DNA from: an uncultured Bacilli bacterium
GTDB lineage: Bacteria; Bacillota_I; Bacilli_A; RFN20; CAG-826
NCBI GenBank assembly: GCA_905236715.1
Contig: CAJOMQ010000004.1
Location: 82,900-146,899 of the forward strand
DNA length: 64,000 nt
Reading direction: 5' to 3'
The notes under the pieces are model-generated. The model did not search any database. It was not told the DNA's origin and was given only the letters and a program-made list of their open reading frames with translations. Position 1 is the stretch's first letter. Each line of letters starts with the position of its first letter. Below, piece by piece: positions 27,624-38,263 of this stretch. A program made the position numbers and the translations under genes.

Positions 27624-29095
27624 TTATAGAAATAGCTCTGTGCTTCTTCGGTAACTCGTAGGCCTAATTTTCCTAATGTTTTTAAATCGATAGGGGCTAA
27701 TAAACAGGATGAATGTGCTTCGCAACCTTCTAGTTCATGAATTTTCGACATACACATCTCCGCCATTGGGTTGGTATTTGCTTGAATAGCAAGAGCAATT
27801 AATATTTCTTCAACGTGAATCTTGGTGCTTGTATTATGAAGGGCGCCTAATTTGAGATTTTGGATTGGCTCAATGACGTTTCTTGATAATAAGAGCATTT
27901 TATCATCGATACCCGCTAAAGCTTTTAAAGCGTTTAATAACGCAGCAGCGCTCGCGGTTAATAAGTCACTTCTTTTACCACAGACAATACGTCCATCTTT
28001 TAATTGAATAGATAAAACTGGGCATCCTTTTTTCGCTGATAAATCTAAAGCGGGTTTGACACAAAGTCTGTCCTCTTCTGTGAGATTTAATCTCTTCATT
28101 AATAATTCGCTTTTTAAAACGGCTTCTTCTGATGCTTCTTCTAATAAACGGCCTTTTTTCGTAGCGAAATAACGACGAATGATTTCATCTTTTGCGGCTT
28201 GAATAACGCCTTCTTCATCATCAATCGCAAAGCCCACCATATTAACACCCATATCGGTAGGAGAATAATAGGGTGTAGTTCCTTGAATGTGTTCCAAAAT
28301 ATCTTTTAACAATGGGAATGTTTCAATATCACGGTTATAATTCACCGCCATAACGCCATAACGTTCTAAATGATATGGATCAATCATGTTGACGTCGTTT
28401 AAATCCACTGTTGCCGCTTCATAAGCCATATTAACAGGATGATTTAAAGGAAGATTCCAAACGGGGAAAGTTTCATATTTAGCATAGCCAGATTTAACGC
28501 CGTGTTTAGCATCGTGATAAAGTTGCGATAAACAAGTCGCCATTTTGCCACTTCCTGGTCCGGGAGCGGTCACCACGACTAAAGGTCTAGTGGTTTTAAT
28601 ATATTCGTTTTTACCTAATCCTTGTTCACTAACAATAAGGGGAATGTTTTGTGGATAGCCCGCAATCTTATAGTGCTTATAAACATTAACTTTATGTCTT
28701 TTGATTCGACGAATAAATTTATCAACTTCGGTGTTAGGTTCATAGAAAGATAAGACCACTGATTGCACGAATAATCCGGCTTTTTTATAAGCCAAGATTA
28801 ATCTTTCTACTTCCACATCATAAGTAATACCAATATCTGCGCGCACCTTACGTGCTTTAATATCATTAGAAGAGATGACGATGACAACTTCCGCTTGTTC
28901 TTTTAAAGATAAAAGGAGTTGTAATTTACTATCTGGTTGGAAGCCAGGCAGCACTCTACTTGCGTGATAATCATCAAATAATTTACCTCCAAATTCGAGG
29001 TATAGACGGCCGCCAAATTGATTTATTCTTTTAAGAATATTTTCTTTTTGAATAGTTAAATATTTTTCGTTATTAAAGGGCAAGCGATTTTCCAT
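27617..29095 (-). CDS. DUF1846 / UPF0371 family protein
   Basis: 492 aa. The N-terminus KYLTIQKENILKRI...LYLEFGGKLFDDYHASRVLPGF matches my recollection of the UPF0371 N-terminus. Confidence 0.7.
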   Translation of the reverse strand: MENRLPFNNEKYLTIQKENILKRINQFGGRLYLEFGGKLFDDYHASRVLPGFQPDSKLQLLLSLKEQAEVVIVISSNDIKARKVRADIGITYDVEVERLILAYKKAGLFVQSVVLSFYEPNTEVDKFIRRIKRHKVNVYKHYKIAGYPQNIPLIVSEQGLGKNEYIKTTRPLVVVTAPGPGSGKMATCLSQLYHDAKHGVKSGYAKYETFPVWNLPLNHPVNMAYEAATVDLNDVNMIDPYHLERYGVMAVNYNRDIETFPLLKDILEHIQGTTPYYSPTDMGVNMVGFAIDDEEGVIQAAKDEIIRRYFATKKGRLLEEASEEAVLKSELLMKRLNLTEEDRLCVKPALDLSAKKGCPVLSIQLKDGRIVCGKRSDLLTASAAALLNALKALAGIDDKMLLLSRNVIEPIQNLKLGALHNTSTKIHVEEILIALAIQANTNPMAEMCMSKIHELEGCEAHSSCLLAPIDLKTLGKLGLRVTEEAQSYFYKK

Positions 29096-29168
29096 ATGGA
29101 CTATATTTTAGTTTATCGTTTTCTAAATGTAATCAATTTTTTCAACTTTGTGATACACTGATTAAGCA

Positions 29169-29951
29169 ATGAAGAAATTAGTGTTACTTGACATGGATGG
29201 AACTGTATATCTAGGAGACCAATTGTTTGATGGTGTTTTAAATGTTTTTAAGTTTTTTAGGCAGAACAATATTGAATTTGTTTTTCTCACAAATAATTCA
29301 TCTCATTCTATCGATTTTTATAGAAATAAAATGAATAAAATGGGTGTCACCTGTGATGAACATAATTTCTATACATCAGTAGAAACCACGATTAAATATT
29401 TGAAAGACCACAACTACAAAACTCTTTGTGTCTTAGGTGTTTCCTCTTTTAAAAAACAATTAGAAAAATATTTCACATTAGTGGATACATTTGATCCTAA
29501 ACATCCAGTCGATGTTGTTTTAGCTTCGTTTGATACAGAACTTAAATATGAAGAACTATCCGTCGCTTGTTTATATTTACAAAAAGGCAGTAAATTCATT
29601 GCCACAAATATGGATTGGCGTTGCCCAATAGAAGATGGTTTATATATCCCCGATTGTGGCGGACTTTGCAAATGGATGGAAATGTGCACTGGTGTCAAAC
29701 CTCTATTCCTCGGTAAACCCGCACCAGAAATGATTTATCAAGTAGAAGAAATTTTTAACGTCAAACCAGAAGAGGTGATTCTTGTCGGTGATCGACATTA
29801 CACAGATATCATGGCCGGGATTAACGCTGGTATTGATACTCTCGCAGTTTTGACCGGTGAAACCACAAAAGAGGAATTTGAAAAGGCTAAGCAAAAGCCG
29901 ACATATATAAGAAATTCAATTGTAGATTTAATCGAAATTTTACAAAAATAG
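29169..29951 (+). CDS. HAD-IIA family sugar phosphatase (NagD-like)
   Basis: LLDMDGTVY is the DxDGT motif. LTNNS, GKP and VGDRHYTDIMAG are HAD motifs II-IV. Confidence 0.8.
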   Translation: MKKLVLLDMDGTVYLGDQLFDGVLNVFKFFRQNNIEFVFLTNNSSHSIDFYRNKMNKMGVTCDEHNFYTSVETTIKYLKDHNYKTLCVLGVSSFKKQLEKYFTLVDTFDPKHPVDVVLASFDTELKYEELSVACLYLQKGSKFIATNMDWRCPIEDGLYIPDCGGLCKWMEMCTGVKPLFLGKPAPEMIYQVEEIFNVKPEEVILVGDRHYTDIMAGINAGIDTLAVLTGETTKEEFEKAKQKPTYIRNSIVDLIEILQK

Positions 29952-29980
29952 CGGCCTTCTGCCGTTATTTTTAATCTTCA

Positions 29981-31288
29981 TTATAAGTTGCTTTTGATTT
30001 GTATTTTGATATTGCCAATTGATGTTGCCTCAATAGGCATTGGAATAACTTTAATATTTACTAGTTCCTTCACTCTCTCATTAAGATAAGCATTTTTAGC
30101 ACCACCACCAATGATATATAGTTCATGGAATTTTTTATTCAAATTGTTTTCAATAATTTCAATATTGTTTTTATAACATAAGGCTAATGAATTATATATG
30201 GACACAAGTAAGCTAACATCTGTTTTAGGTGGATTATGTTTTAATAATTTTAAGACCGCTTTTTCCATATCTTTAGGTGCCACTAAAGATGGGTCATTAA
30301 CATCGAAAGTCTCTTTATAAACAGAAGAATATAAATAACTATCAAACTTAGAAATGGATACATTCTTTTTACGGAAAATAGAATTGGGAATCCACATACC
30401 AGGGATATTTTTCAAATATCTAATATATCCCACACCACCTTCATTAGTGAAATTGGCTTCATATGATTTTATTGATGTATTTGGTTCTTTAATTTTGGCA
30501 CCTAATAATGACCAAGTTCCACTTGATAAAATTAAAGCATCATCAGGTGTATCAAGAGATTCAAAAGCACTGGCGGTATCATGACTAGCGCATAATATAA
30601 CTTTTGCATTACCACCCAACTCTTTTTGCATCGCGGGTATTAATTCTCCTAAAATTTCACCAGGTTGACTAATTCTTTTGCCTTTTAAAAAATCAAAATG
30701 AAGAGCGTTGATAATGTCTTCATCAAATTGTTTGGTAACACAATTAACAAAGCCACCAGTGGAACATTCGGTATATTCATAAGATTTAATGCCGGTTAAT
30801 AAATAAGAAAAATATTGTGGCACCATTAACATATCAGTGGCGGTATCTAATCTTCCTTTTAAATAATCATCATAGAGTTGATAGATGGTATTAAAGGATG
30901 CAAATTGAATACCAGTCTTTTTGTATAATTCTTCGAAAGGAATAATGCTGTGAACTTTATCAACTACATCGTTGGTTCTAATATTTCGATAAGCAAAAAA
31001 AGGGCGAATAATTTCGTCATGATTCATTAATACATAATCAACACCCCAAGTATCGATAGAAATAGATGTTATTTGATATTGGGCAAAAGCTTTTTTAATG
31101 CCCGTTTTTACTTCATTAAAAATAGCGTCATAATCCCACACCAAACCATCAGGCCCATCAATCATAACGTTATGAAAACGGTGAATTTCTTCACAACAAA
31201 TTTTTCCTTTGTTTTCATAACCAACAATCGCGCGTCCACTGGATGCGCCTAAATCAATGGCCAAATAATATTTGCGATTACTTTTCAT
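29981..31288 (-). CDS. rhaB: rhamnulokinase (FGGY family)
   Basis: YLAIDLGASSGR at the N-terminus and IIGGGAKN at the C-terminus. It lies directly downstream of and overlaps rhaD. I prefer ATG 31288 (SD aggtg) over the GTG at 31297. Confidence 0.8.
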   Translation of the reverse strand: MKSNRKYYLAIDLGASSGRAIVGYENKGKICCEEIHRFHNVMIDGPDGLVWDYDAIFNEVKTGIKKAFAQYQITSISIDTWGVDYVLMNHDEIIRPFFAYRNIRTNDVVDKVHSIIPFEELYKKTGIQFASFNTIYQLYDDYLKGRLDTATDMLMVPQYFSYLLTGIKSYEYTECSTGGFVNCVTKQFDEDIINALHFDFLKGKRISQPGEILGELIPAMQKELGGNAKVILCASHDTASAFESLDTPDDALILSSGTWSLLGAKIKEPNTSIKSYEANFTNEGGVGYIRYLKNIPGMWIPNSIFRKKNVSISKFDSYLYSSVYKETFDVNDPSLVAPKDMEKAVLKLLKHNPPKTDVSLLVSIYNSLALCYKNNIEIIENNLNKKFHELYIIGGGAKNAYLNERVKELVNIKVIPMPIEATSIGNIKIQIKSNL

Positions 31289-32096
31289 CAATGACACCTG
31301 GCATCATTTTTAAATTCCATAATTTGGCTAAGCCAATGATCACTTCATCAGGAATCTCGTTAACAACATGGCCGAGAGTTAACATATATATTTGCGCGGT
31401 TTTTTCCACGGTTTCAATTAAACCAAAAGCTTCATCAATATTGTGGCCAACACCATAAATGCCATGATTGGTCCAAGATACTAATCTAAAGGTTTTCATT
31501 TTTTCCGCCGTTGCTTCACCAATTTCGTTCGTGCCACAAATCATACAAGGAAGAACACCAATACCTTCTGGGAAAACCACAACTGCTTCCGTATTTGATT
31601 TCCACAATTTTCTCGTGAATATCTTTTCATCAGTTGGTAAGCAAGCACCCATACAAATGGTGTATGTTGGATGCGTGTGCATCACAATTCTATTTAGTGG
31701 ATCAACTTTTAATCTTGCCGCGTGGCTCATTAAATGCGCGGGGAATTCACTGGTAAATTTACCACCATCTTTATAACCCCATAGCAATTCCGCTTTATCG
31801 CCTTTATTTGAAATACGAACGATTCCTAAATTATTTTCGGGGTCGCCCTTAACGTTTTTAAAATATTTACCGGTCCCAGTGACTAAGAAATATTTGTTTA
31901 AAACTATCTCATCGGCTTGGAATCCTAATGGGATTTCACGAATAACTTTTGTAATATCTAAATATTCACTAACTTCTTTTTCTGTTAACAAATAAGAGAT
32001 ATTACCACCGTTTCTTTCATCCCAACCCAAACGGTACATGTTCGCGGTAATGTCACTAATTTCTTTGATAAAAGGTGCTTCTAAAATGTTTTTCAT
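31278..32096 (-). CDS. rhaD: rhamnulose-1-phosphate aldolase (class II aldolase)
   Basis: LGWDERNGGNIS and HTHPT are the RhaD / class II aldolase motifs. Confidence 0.85.
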   Translation of the reverse strand: MKNILEAPFIKEISDITANMYRLGWDERNGGNISYLLTEKEVSEYLDITKVIREIPLGFQADEIVLNKYFLVTGTGKYFKNVKGDPENNLGIVRISNKGDKAELLWGYKDGGKFTSEFPAHLMSHAARLKVDPLNRIVMHTHPTYTICMGACLPTDEKIFTRKLWKSNTEAVVVFPEGIGVLPCMICGTNEIGEATAEKMKTFRLVSWTNHGIYGVGHNIDEAFGLIETVEKTAQIYMLTLGHVVNEIPDEVIIGLAKLWNLKMMPGVIDEK

Positions 32097-32138
32097 AAAC
32101 TTACCCCCGATAAACGATATTAATTGTAATATTTCATA

Positions 32139-33083
32139 TTATTTCAAGATGAGAGAGGCCGCTCCAACAATGCCGGCCATATAACCAAGTTCAGCAATAT
32201 TAATGACACATTTTTTCGCATATGGAAAGCCATAATTATTTTGTTCACAATAGGCGGTTAATTTATTAACGAGATAGTCTCCTTCTTTGGAAATACCACC
32301 AGAAAGAACGCAACAATCAGGACGGAAAATATTACACAAATTACAAATACCGATACCTAAATATTCAACATATTGATCGACAACTTCATTAGCGGTTTTA
32401 TCGCCTTTCCGCGCGGCAATAAATGGTACTTTTGCAGATATTTTTCCTTCTTCTTTACTGATTTGGTGCATTAATGATTCGGGATGTTTTTCCATGGCTT
32501 CTTTAGTTTCTCTAGCTAACGCATTAGCGGAAGCATATTGTTCTAAACATCCTTTTCTACCACAAGTACACATCACACCATCTTTAACAATTGTCATATG
32601 TCCTAATTCAGTTCCGGTTCCATCTGATCCTTCATAAATTTTGTTATTGATAATGACGCCACCACCGACGCCTGTGCCTAAAGTTAGCATGATAACATTT
32701 GAATATTTTTTACCAGCACCAAAAGCGGCTTCACCTAACGCTGCCGCATTTGCATCATTGGTAATTCTAATTGGCATATTGAAATGACCTTTTAAAATTT
32801 TAACTATTTCTAAATCTTTCCAATTAAGATTATTGGAATATAAACAAATTCCATTTATCGCATCAATTGATCCGGGGATACCGATACCAATACCGGAAAT
32901 CGGTTCATCAAAATGATGGCTAGTTAGATAATCATCAATCGCGGAAATTAATTTATCCATAACGGTATTTTGATTATCTTCTTTTAACACAGGAAAAGAG
33001 AACATTTCACTTGGTTCACCAAGTTCGTTTACGACAGCCCCTTTTATTGATGTTCCACCAATATCAATTCCTAAAGCTAACAT
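32139..33083 (-). CDS. ROK-family glucokinase
   Basis: GIDIGGTSIK, GELGHM, and the Zn motif CTCGRKGCLEQY. Confidence 0.85.
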   Translation of the reverse strand: MLALGIDIGGTSIKGAVVNELGEPSEMFSFPVLKEDNQNTVMDKLISAIDDYLTSHHFDEPISGIGIGIPGSIDAINGICLYSNNLNWKDLEIVKILKGHFNMPIRITNDANAAALGEAAFGAGKKYSNVIMLTLGTGVGGGVIINNKIYEGSDGTGTELGHMTIVKDGVMCTCGRKGCLEQYASANALARETKEAMEKHPESLMHQISKEEGKISAKVPFIAARKGDKTANEVVDQYVEYLGIGICNLCNIFRPDCCVLSGGISKEGDYLVNKLTAYCEQNNYGFPYAKKCVINIAELGYMAGIVGAASLILK

Positions 33084-33105
33084 ACTCTTCTCCTTTATAT
33101 AAGTC

Positions 33106-34281
33106 TTATTGTTTCTTATTTTTCTTTTCCTTGGGTTCTTCTTGTTTAATGCGATATTCTTTTAATTCCCAATTTGGATGTAATTCATCCACTTTATCAA
33201 GAGCGTCATTAAATAAGGCAATTTCGGTATTTTTTCTTTGTTTAGAAGTTCTGGCTAAACCTTTGTTAACATTATTCACCGCGATAAGACATTCACTTCT
33301 CGATTTATCAAAGACACCAGACATCAATAAATAAGTACGAATGCACGCCATAGAAAGATCGTTAGATATTTCTCTTCTTTCTTGCATCGATACTTGTTCT
33401 TCATAAAATTGACGAGCTTCTTCTAATGGCTTAGAAATGATGTTGATATAAATCTTTTGCGCTCTAGCACGAATATAAACTTTATTTGATAAAGTAGCCT
33501 TACCAGCAAGAATAATATCTAACAATGCTTCTGCTTCTTTGAAATTTCTTTGATCTAACAATAAATAAACCTTATTTAAGTTGAGTTCTGCAGTGAAATT
33601 AGTGATATCAGTAAAGGTGGCCACTTCCACATCAGTAGCACCTTGGCTGATTTCATATTCCACACGTAAAAGCTCATTAAAGGCTTTTCTATTAGCGGCA
33701 TTACTCACCATGGTTAAACGATAACCATCAGTGGTGGAATCTAAATGTAATGGGAGGATGTTATAAACAAGAATCATGCCACCGATAACACCAATAATTA
33801 AAAGGAAATATCCAGTATTAGAAGCTGCGGTTGGCATCTTCTCACCATTGAGAATGATAAAAAGAATAACGACAATTAATAATTCGATAACATAAAATAA
33901 GGTGCCGAACCATAAATACGCTAATGGGTTGGGTTCTTTTTTAGCGTCTTGCTTAGGAGTGATTTTGGTTTCACCAGAAAGACCATCATAAGAAGAGAAT
34001 TTCACACGTAAAGTTCCTTCTTCTTTATACCAAAGCAAACCTAAAATATTGATTGATATGACGTTATATCGACCAGCTTTTGCGCCGAGAAGATGTGCCA
34101 TTTCAAATAAGATAGCATTAAATAAAACACCGACAAGAATCGCACCAATGACAAACAAGAAATAATAATTGCCGAGGCCAGATTCTGTATAATGCACTCT
34201 TAGCACATTTAAACCAAATAGCACCGCTAATGCCATTATTAATAAATACACAATGATTCCTGATACATCTTCTTTTTTCAT
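33106..34281 (-). CDS. membrane protein with degenerate site-2-protease (M50)-like core plus helical C-terminal domain
   Basis: FEMAHLLGAK aligns to the HExxH helix of M50 proteases but has Phe in place of the first His. YNILPLHLDSTTDG resembles the NxxPxxxLDG motif. The C-terminal 200 aa is soluble and helical. Confidence 0.45.
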   Translation of the reverse strand: MKKEDVSGIIVYLLIMALAVLFGLNVLRVHYTESGLGNYYFLFVIGAILVGVLFNAILFEMAHLLGAKAGRYNVISINILGLLWYKEEGTLRVKFSSYDGLSGETKITPKQDAKKEPNPLAYLWFGTLFYVIELLIVVILFIILNGEKMPTAASNTGYFLLIIGVIGGMILVYNILPLHLDSTTDGYRLTMVSNAANRKAFNELLRVEYEISQGATDVEVATFTDITNFTAELNLNKVYLLLDQRNFKEAEALLDIILAGKATLSNKVYIRARAQKIYINIISKPLEEARQFYEEQVSMQERREISNDLSMACIRTYLLMSGVFDKSRSECLIAVNNVNKGLARTSKQRKNTEIALFNDALDKVDELHPNWELKEYRIKQEEPKEKKNKKQ

Positions 34282-34306
34282 ATATTGTCCTTCTTTTTAA
34301 TTAATC

Positions 34307-34864
34307 TTATTGTTCTTTGCCTCTTATACGACACATTCTATCAACCGCGTTAGCAAAGCTATCTTCGCTTTCAAAAGCAAAACAAGATAATAGTCCTTCT
34401 AATGTTTTGTTTTTATGAGTGGATAAATAATAAACGATGGAATGTGAATAGGCTTGGGCGTAAAATCTCGCAATCAATTTACGGTCATTATGATGTAATT
34501 TCTTGCTATCTTTTTGCTCATTAATAATTTTTAAAATTGTTTTATAGGTAGCGTTATAAATAAATTCTTCAAACAAATCTTTCGCAGCGGAATTATTTGT
34601 GGCATCAACGAAATTCTTATTTTTTTGATAATAAGTAAAAATGCACTTCATTAACTCATCCATATTTTTGACATCATCAATGCCGGGAATATGTTCATCT
34701 AAAAACACCAAAGTCAAAAGATCGTAAATATCGTGGAAATGATAATAGAATGTTTGTCTATTAACATGACACTTCTTTACGAGTGTGGTGACGGAGATAT
34801 CATCTAATGGCATCACCGACATCATTTGCTTTAATGTTTCCGCTAATTTGTGTTCTGTTTTCAT
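34307..34864 (-). CDS. TetR-like regulator (DhaS-type)
   Basis: ISVTTLVKKCHVNRQTFYYHFHDIYDLL is a TetR HTH of the dihydroxyacetone-kinase-regulator type. I prefer ATG 34864, which forms an ATGA overlap with the psuG stop. The ORF-track start at 34879 is TTG. Confidence 0.7.
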   Translation of the reverse strand: MKTEHKLAETLKQMMSVMPLDDISVTTLVKKCHVNRQTFYYHFHDIYDLLTLVFLDEHIPGIDDVKNMDELMKCIFTYYQKNKNFVDATNNSAAKDLFEEFIYNATYKTILKIINEQKDSKKLHHNDRKLIARFYAQAYSHSIVYYLSTHKNKTLEGLLSCFAFESEDSFANAVDRMCRIRGKEQ

Positions 34865-35769
34865 TTTCTCATTTGACAATATTCTTTGGCGATATTCGCG
34901 CCTACTTTGGCATTATTTAAAACTAATTGAATGTTAGAATCCAAAGAATCACCACCAGTTAATTCGGTAACTGTTTTTAATAAATATGGGGTAGTTTCCT
35001 TGCCGTGGATGCCTTCACTTTTCATTCTTTCGATTGCTTCATTAATCGCTGCATTAATAATTGTATCATCCATAGCGTATTCCTTGGGAATAGGATTAGT
35101 AATTAATATACCACCTTGTAAGTTATTATCACGTTTTTCTTTTATTATTTGCGCCGCCTCTAAATATGAATCAACACGATAATCCACTTTTAATCCGCTA
35201 TTGGGGGAATAAAAAGCGGGGAGTTCATTAGTTTGGAAGCCTAGAACAGGAACACCCATGGTTTCTAAATATTCTAACGTTAGGGGTAAATCTAAAATGG
35301 CTTTGGCACCCGCACAAATAACTGTGACATTGGTTTTGGCTAATTCTTGTAAGTCTGCAGAGATGTCCATTGTTTCTTGAGCACCGCGATGAACGCCACC
35401 AATACCGCCAGTAACAAATACTTCAATGCCAGCTTGCTTGGCAATTATCATCGTGGAAGCAACCGTGGTCGCAGCCCATAATTTTTTCGCATAAATGACA
35501 GGCAAATCTCTTCTAGAAGCTTTAATAATACCTTTTCTTTTACCGAATTCTTCTATTTGTTCTGGAGTCATGCCCACAATTGCATCACCATCGATAATGC
35601 CGATAGTGGCGGGAATCGCACCATTATCACGAATAACTTTTTCCACCGCTAAAGCTGTTTCAACGTTGCGAGGATAAGGCATGCCATGCGAAATAATTGT
35701 GCTTTCTAAAGCGACAACAGGTTTATTTTCTAATAAGGCTTTTTGCACTTCTGGATTAATTTTGAGCAT
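34861..35769 (-). CDS. psuG: pseudouridine-5'-phosphate glycosidase
   Basis: VVALESTIISHGMPYP and the VFVTGGIGGVHRG blocks. SD aaggag lies inside the end of the upstream gene. Confidence 0.9.
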   Translation of the reverse strand: MLKINPEVQKALLENKPVVALESTIISHGMPYPRNVETALAVEKVIRDNGAIPATIGIIDGDAIVGMTPEQIEEFGKRKGIIKASRRDLPVIYAKKLWAATTVASTMIIAKQAGIEVFVTGGIGGVHRGAQETMDISADLQELAKTNVTVICAGAKAILDLPLTLEYLETMGVPVLGFQTNELPAFYSPNSGLKVDYRVDSYLEAAQIIKEKRDNNLQGGILITNPIPKEYAMDDTIINAAINEAIERMKSEGIHGKETTPYLLKTVTELTGGDSLDSNIQLVLNNAKVGANIAKEYCQMRK

Positions 35770-38212
35770 TATTTTTTTCTCCTTTTAAGACTTCAACGAT
35801 ATAAGAAATAGCTAGATAAAACGTAATGATAGATATGGTTACAATGCCTGTAACTAAATAATTTATCGCATTCATCTCACTAAATTTGAGATGGAAGATA
35901 TTAAATTTTTCATCAACATAAATAGATAAAATAGCGGATAAAACAAATCCGATTACGGCGATTGAGGCACAACCCGAAAAGACAATGGCGCGATATTTTG
36001 TGAATGGTAGACATATCTTTAATAAAACCGCGACCGATATGGTAGTAAAAGCAATTGTACACATAACCACTACCGCATCAATAGAATAGATACCAACGTA
36101 AATAGCGTTATGGTTTTGCATGATATACAAAATGAAAATAATTAAGACACTAGAAACAGTGGCGATAGCAGCAGGTATGCTCTTGCGGAATATATTTCCT
36201 AAGAAACTTCCTTTTAATCTTTCGGCATTGGGCTCTAACGCTAAGAAGAACGAAGCAGCACCAATACAGGCAATTTCCCAAATATAAAGGTTATTGGTTT
36301 CAAATGGGAATTTAAGTTCTTTGCGGAACAAACCAGCAGTTAAGAATACAACAGTTAATGTGATAGCAAAGAATGTCTTAGTTAAAAACAAGGAGGCAGT
36401 TCTTTGTAAATTGTTAATAACTCTTCTTCCTTGGCCAACAACCGACGGTAAGTGATCAAAATTAGAATCTAATAAAACGATATGTGACACGTTTTTCGCA
36501 GCTTCAGAACCACTAGCCATCGCAATCGAACAATCCGCACGTTTTAAAGCTAAAATATCATTTACTCCATCACCAGTCATAGCAACGTTATTACCATCTT
36601 TTTTCAACGACATGATGATGGCTTCTTTTTGTTCCGGAGTGACACGACCAAAGACATTATAGTGAGATGCTATTTCTTTCACTTCTTCAATCGACATACC
36701 GGCTAAAGAAATATATTTATCAGCGCCATCAATACCGGCTTGTTTAGCAATTTCCGATACAGTTTGTGCATCATCTCCTGAAATCACTTTTATTTCGACA
36801 TTATTTTCTTTAAACCAAGCAAATGTTTTGATAGCGTCTGGTCTAATGTGATCTTGCAAAACAATCATGCCAATAGCTTCACATTCACCGGCAACTTTAT
36901 TGTGAACAATACCAGTAGAAGTTTTTGCTAAAACTAAAACACGATAACCTTTTGATGTATATTCACCAATTCTATGCAAAACACCAGATTTATTTTTACC
37001 AAGATTGATGTATTCAGCGGCACCTAAAACATATGTAATTCCGCTTTCAAAAGTAACTGCAGAATATTTATTGTCACTATTGAAATCTAAAACTTCTTTC
37101 GCCTTAATTTTGCTGGGGTTTTTGAAATAATCTTTTAATGCAAGCATAGTGGCATTTTCGTCATGAGAGCAATTGACAAAATCAGACATAATGCCAGTGA
37201 TTGTTACTTCACCAACCGCACCATAAGAAATAATTTTATGGACGGTCATGCTGCCATTAGTAATTGTGCCTGTTTTATCCACACATAAAATATTGGTTCT
37301 AGCTAACATTTCGACTGAATAAAAATCTTGAACGCGAGCTTTTTCTTTACTTAATTTGATAACCGCAGTGGCTAAGGCAACAGAAGTTAATAAATATAAA
37401 CCAGAAGGTATCATGGAAACTAATGATCCAGAAATTGAACCCATGATGGTTTGGAATTCACGGTAAGAAGAAAAATATCCTTGTACACCATAGATGACAA
37501 TCATCACCACACTTAAAAAGACAATAGCGATGCCTAGATAGCGGAAGAGAACTTTTAATGATTTTAAAATTTGTGAAGGCGCTCTTTTAAATTTCTTTGC
37601 GGATGCTTGTAAACTTTGCACATAAGTATCATCACCGACTTTGTCCGCGATAACTTCAGCATTACCACTCACCACAAAAGAGCCTGAATAGAGAATATCT
37701 CCAACAGTTTTGTTAATAATCATTGATTCACCAGTTAATAGTGATTCATTAACCAATAAATTTCCTGATAAAATTTTGCAATCCGCCACTATTTGGTTGC
37801 CTGATTTAATAATTAATATATCGTCTAACACCACATCTTTAGCGGGGATTTCCGTAACGTTACCATCTCTTCTTGCATATGCTTTTGGTTGGGTAACGAT
37901 ACTCAATTTATCCATCAATCGACGGGCGTGGATATCTTCATATAAACCAATACCGCTATTTAAAATAACGATGATTAAGAAAAATAATGAATCATATTTT
38001 TTGGCGGCAATAATAAAACCAGCAATGACAAACAAAAGGATGTTAAAGAAGTTTAAAACATTATCAAAGATAATTTGAATATATGTCTTTCCAACTGTTT
38101 TGGTTGTGAAATTAGTTAATTTATCAGATACTCTTTGATTAACTTGCTCACTAGTAAGACCAGTTGCCACATCAGGATTATATCTTAAGGTATCTCTTTT
38201 TTCGTGCGCCAT
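35756..38212 (-). CDS. cation-translocating P-type ATPase
   Basis: TGES, CVDKTGTITNG and MTGDGVNDILALKRAD, with about 10 TM segments. 818 aa. Confidence 0.9.
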   Translation of the reverse strand: MAHEKRDTLRYNPDVATGLTSEQVNQRVSDKLTNFTTKTVGKTYIQIIFDNVLNFFNILLFVIAGFIIAAKKYDSLFFLIIVILNSGIGLYEDIHARRLMDKLSIVTQPKAYARRDGNVTEIPAKDVVLDDILIIKSGNQIVADCKILSGNLLVNESLLTGESMIINKTVGDILYSGSFVVSGNAEVIADKVGDDTYVQSLQASAKKFKRAPSQILKSLKVLFRYLGIAIVFLSVVMIVIYGVQGYFSSYREFQTIMGSISGSLVSMIPSGLYLLTSVALATAVIKLSKEKARVQDFYSVEMLARTNILCVDKTGTITNGSMTVHKIISYGAVGEVTITGIMSDFVNCSHDENATMLALKDYFKNPSKIKAKEVLDFNSDNKYSAVTFESGITYVLGAAEYINLGKNKSGVLHRIGEYTSKGYRVLVLAKTSTGIVHNKVAGECEAIGMIVLQDHIRPDAIKTFAWFKENNVEIKVISGDDAQTVSEIAKQAGIDGADKYISLAGMSIEEVKEIASHYNVFGRVTPEQKEAIIMSLKKDGNNVAMTGDGVNDILALKRADCSIAMASGSEAAKNVSHIVLLDSNFDHLPSVVGQGRRVINNLQRTASLFLTKTFFAITLTVVFLTAGLFRKELKFPFETNNLYIWEIACIGAASFFLALEPNAERLKGSFLGNIFRKSIPAAIATVSSVLIIFILYIMQNHNAIYVGIYSIDAVVVMCTIAFTTISVAVLLKICLPFTKYRAIVFSGCASIAVIGFVLSAILSIYVDEKFNIFHLKFSEMNAINYLVTGIVTISIITFYLAISYIVEVLKGEKNNAQN

Positions 38213-38221
38213 ACGAATATA

Positions 38222-38255
38222 ATAAAAAACTTGGACTTTTATCTCAAGTCCAAGT
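38222..38255 (-). terminator. rho-independent terminator after tadA
   Basis: Stem aacttggact(38227-38236)/agtccaagtt(38246-38255). On the minus strand it is followed by tttttt. Confidence 0.8.
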
Positions 38256-38263
38256 TAATTCTT

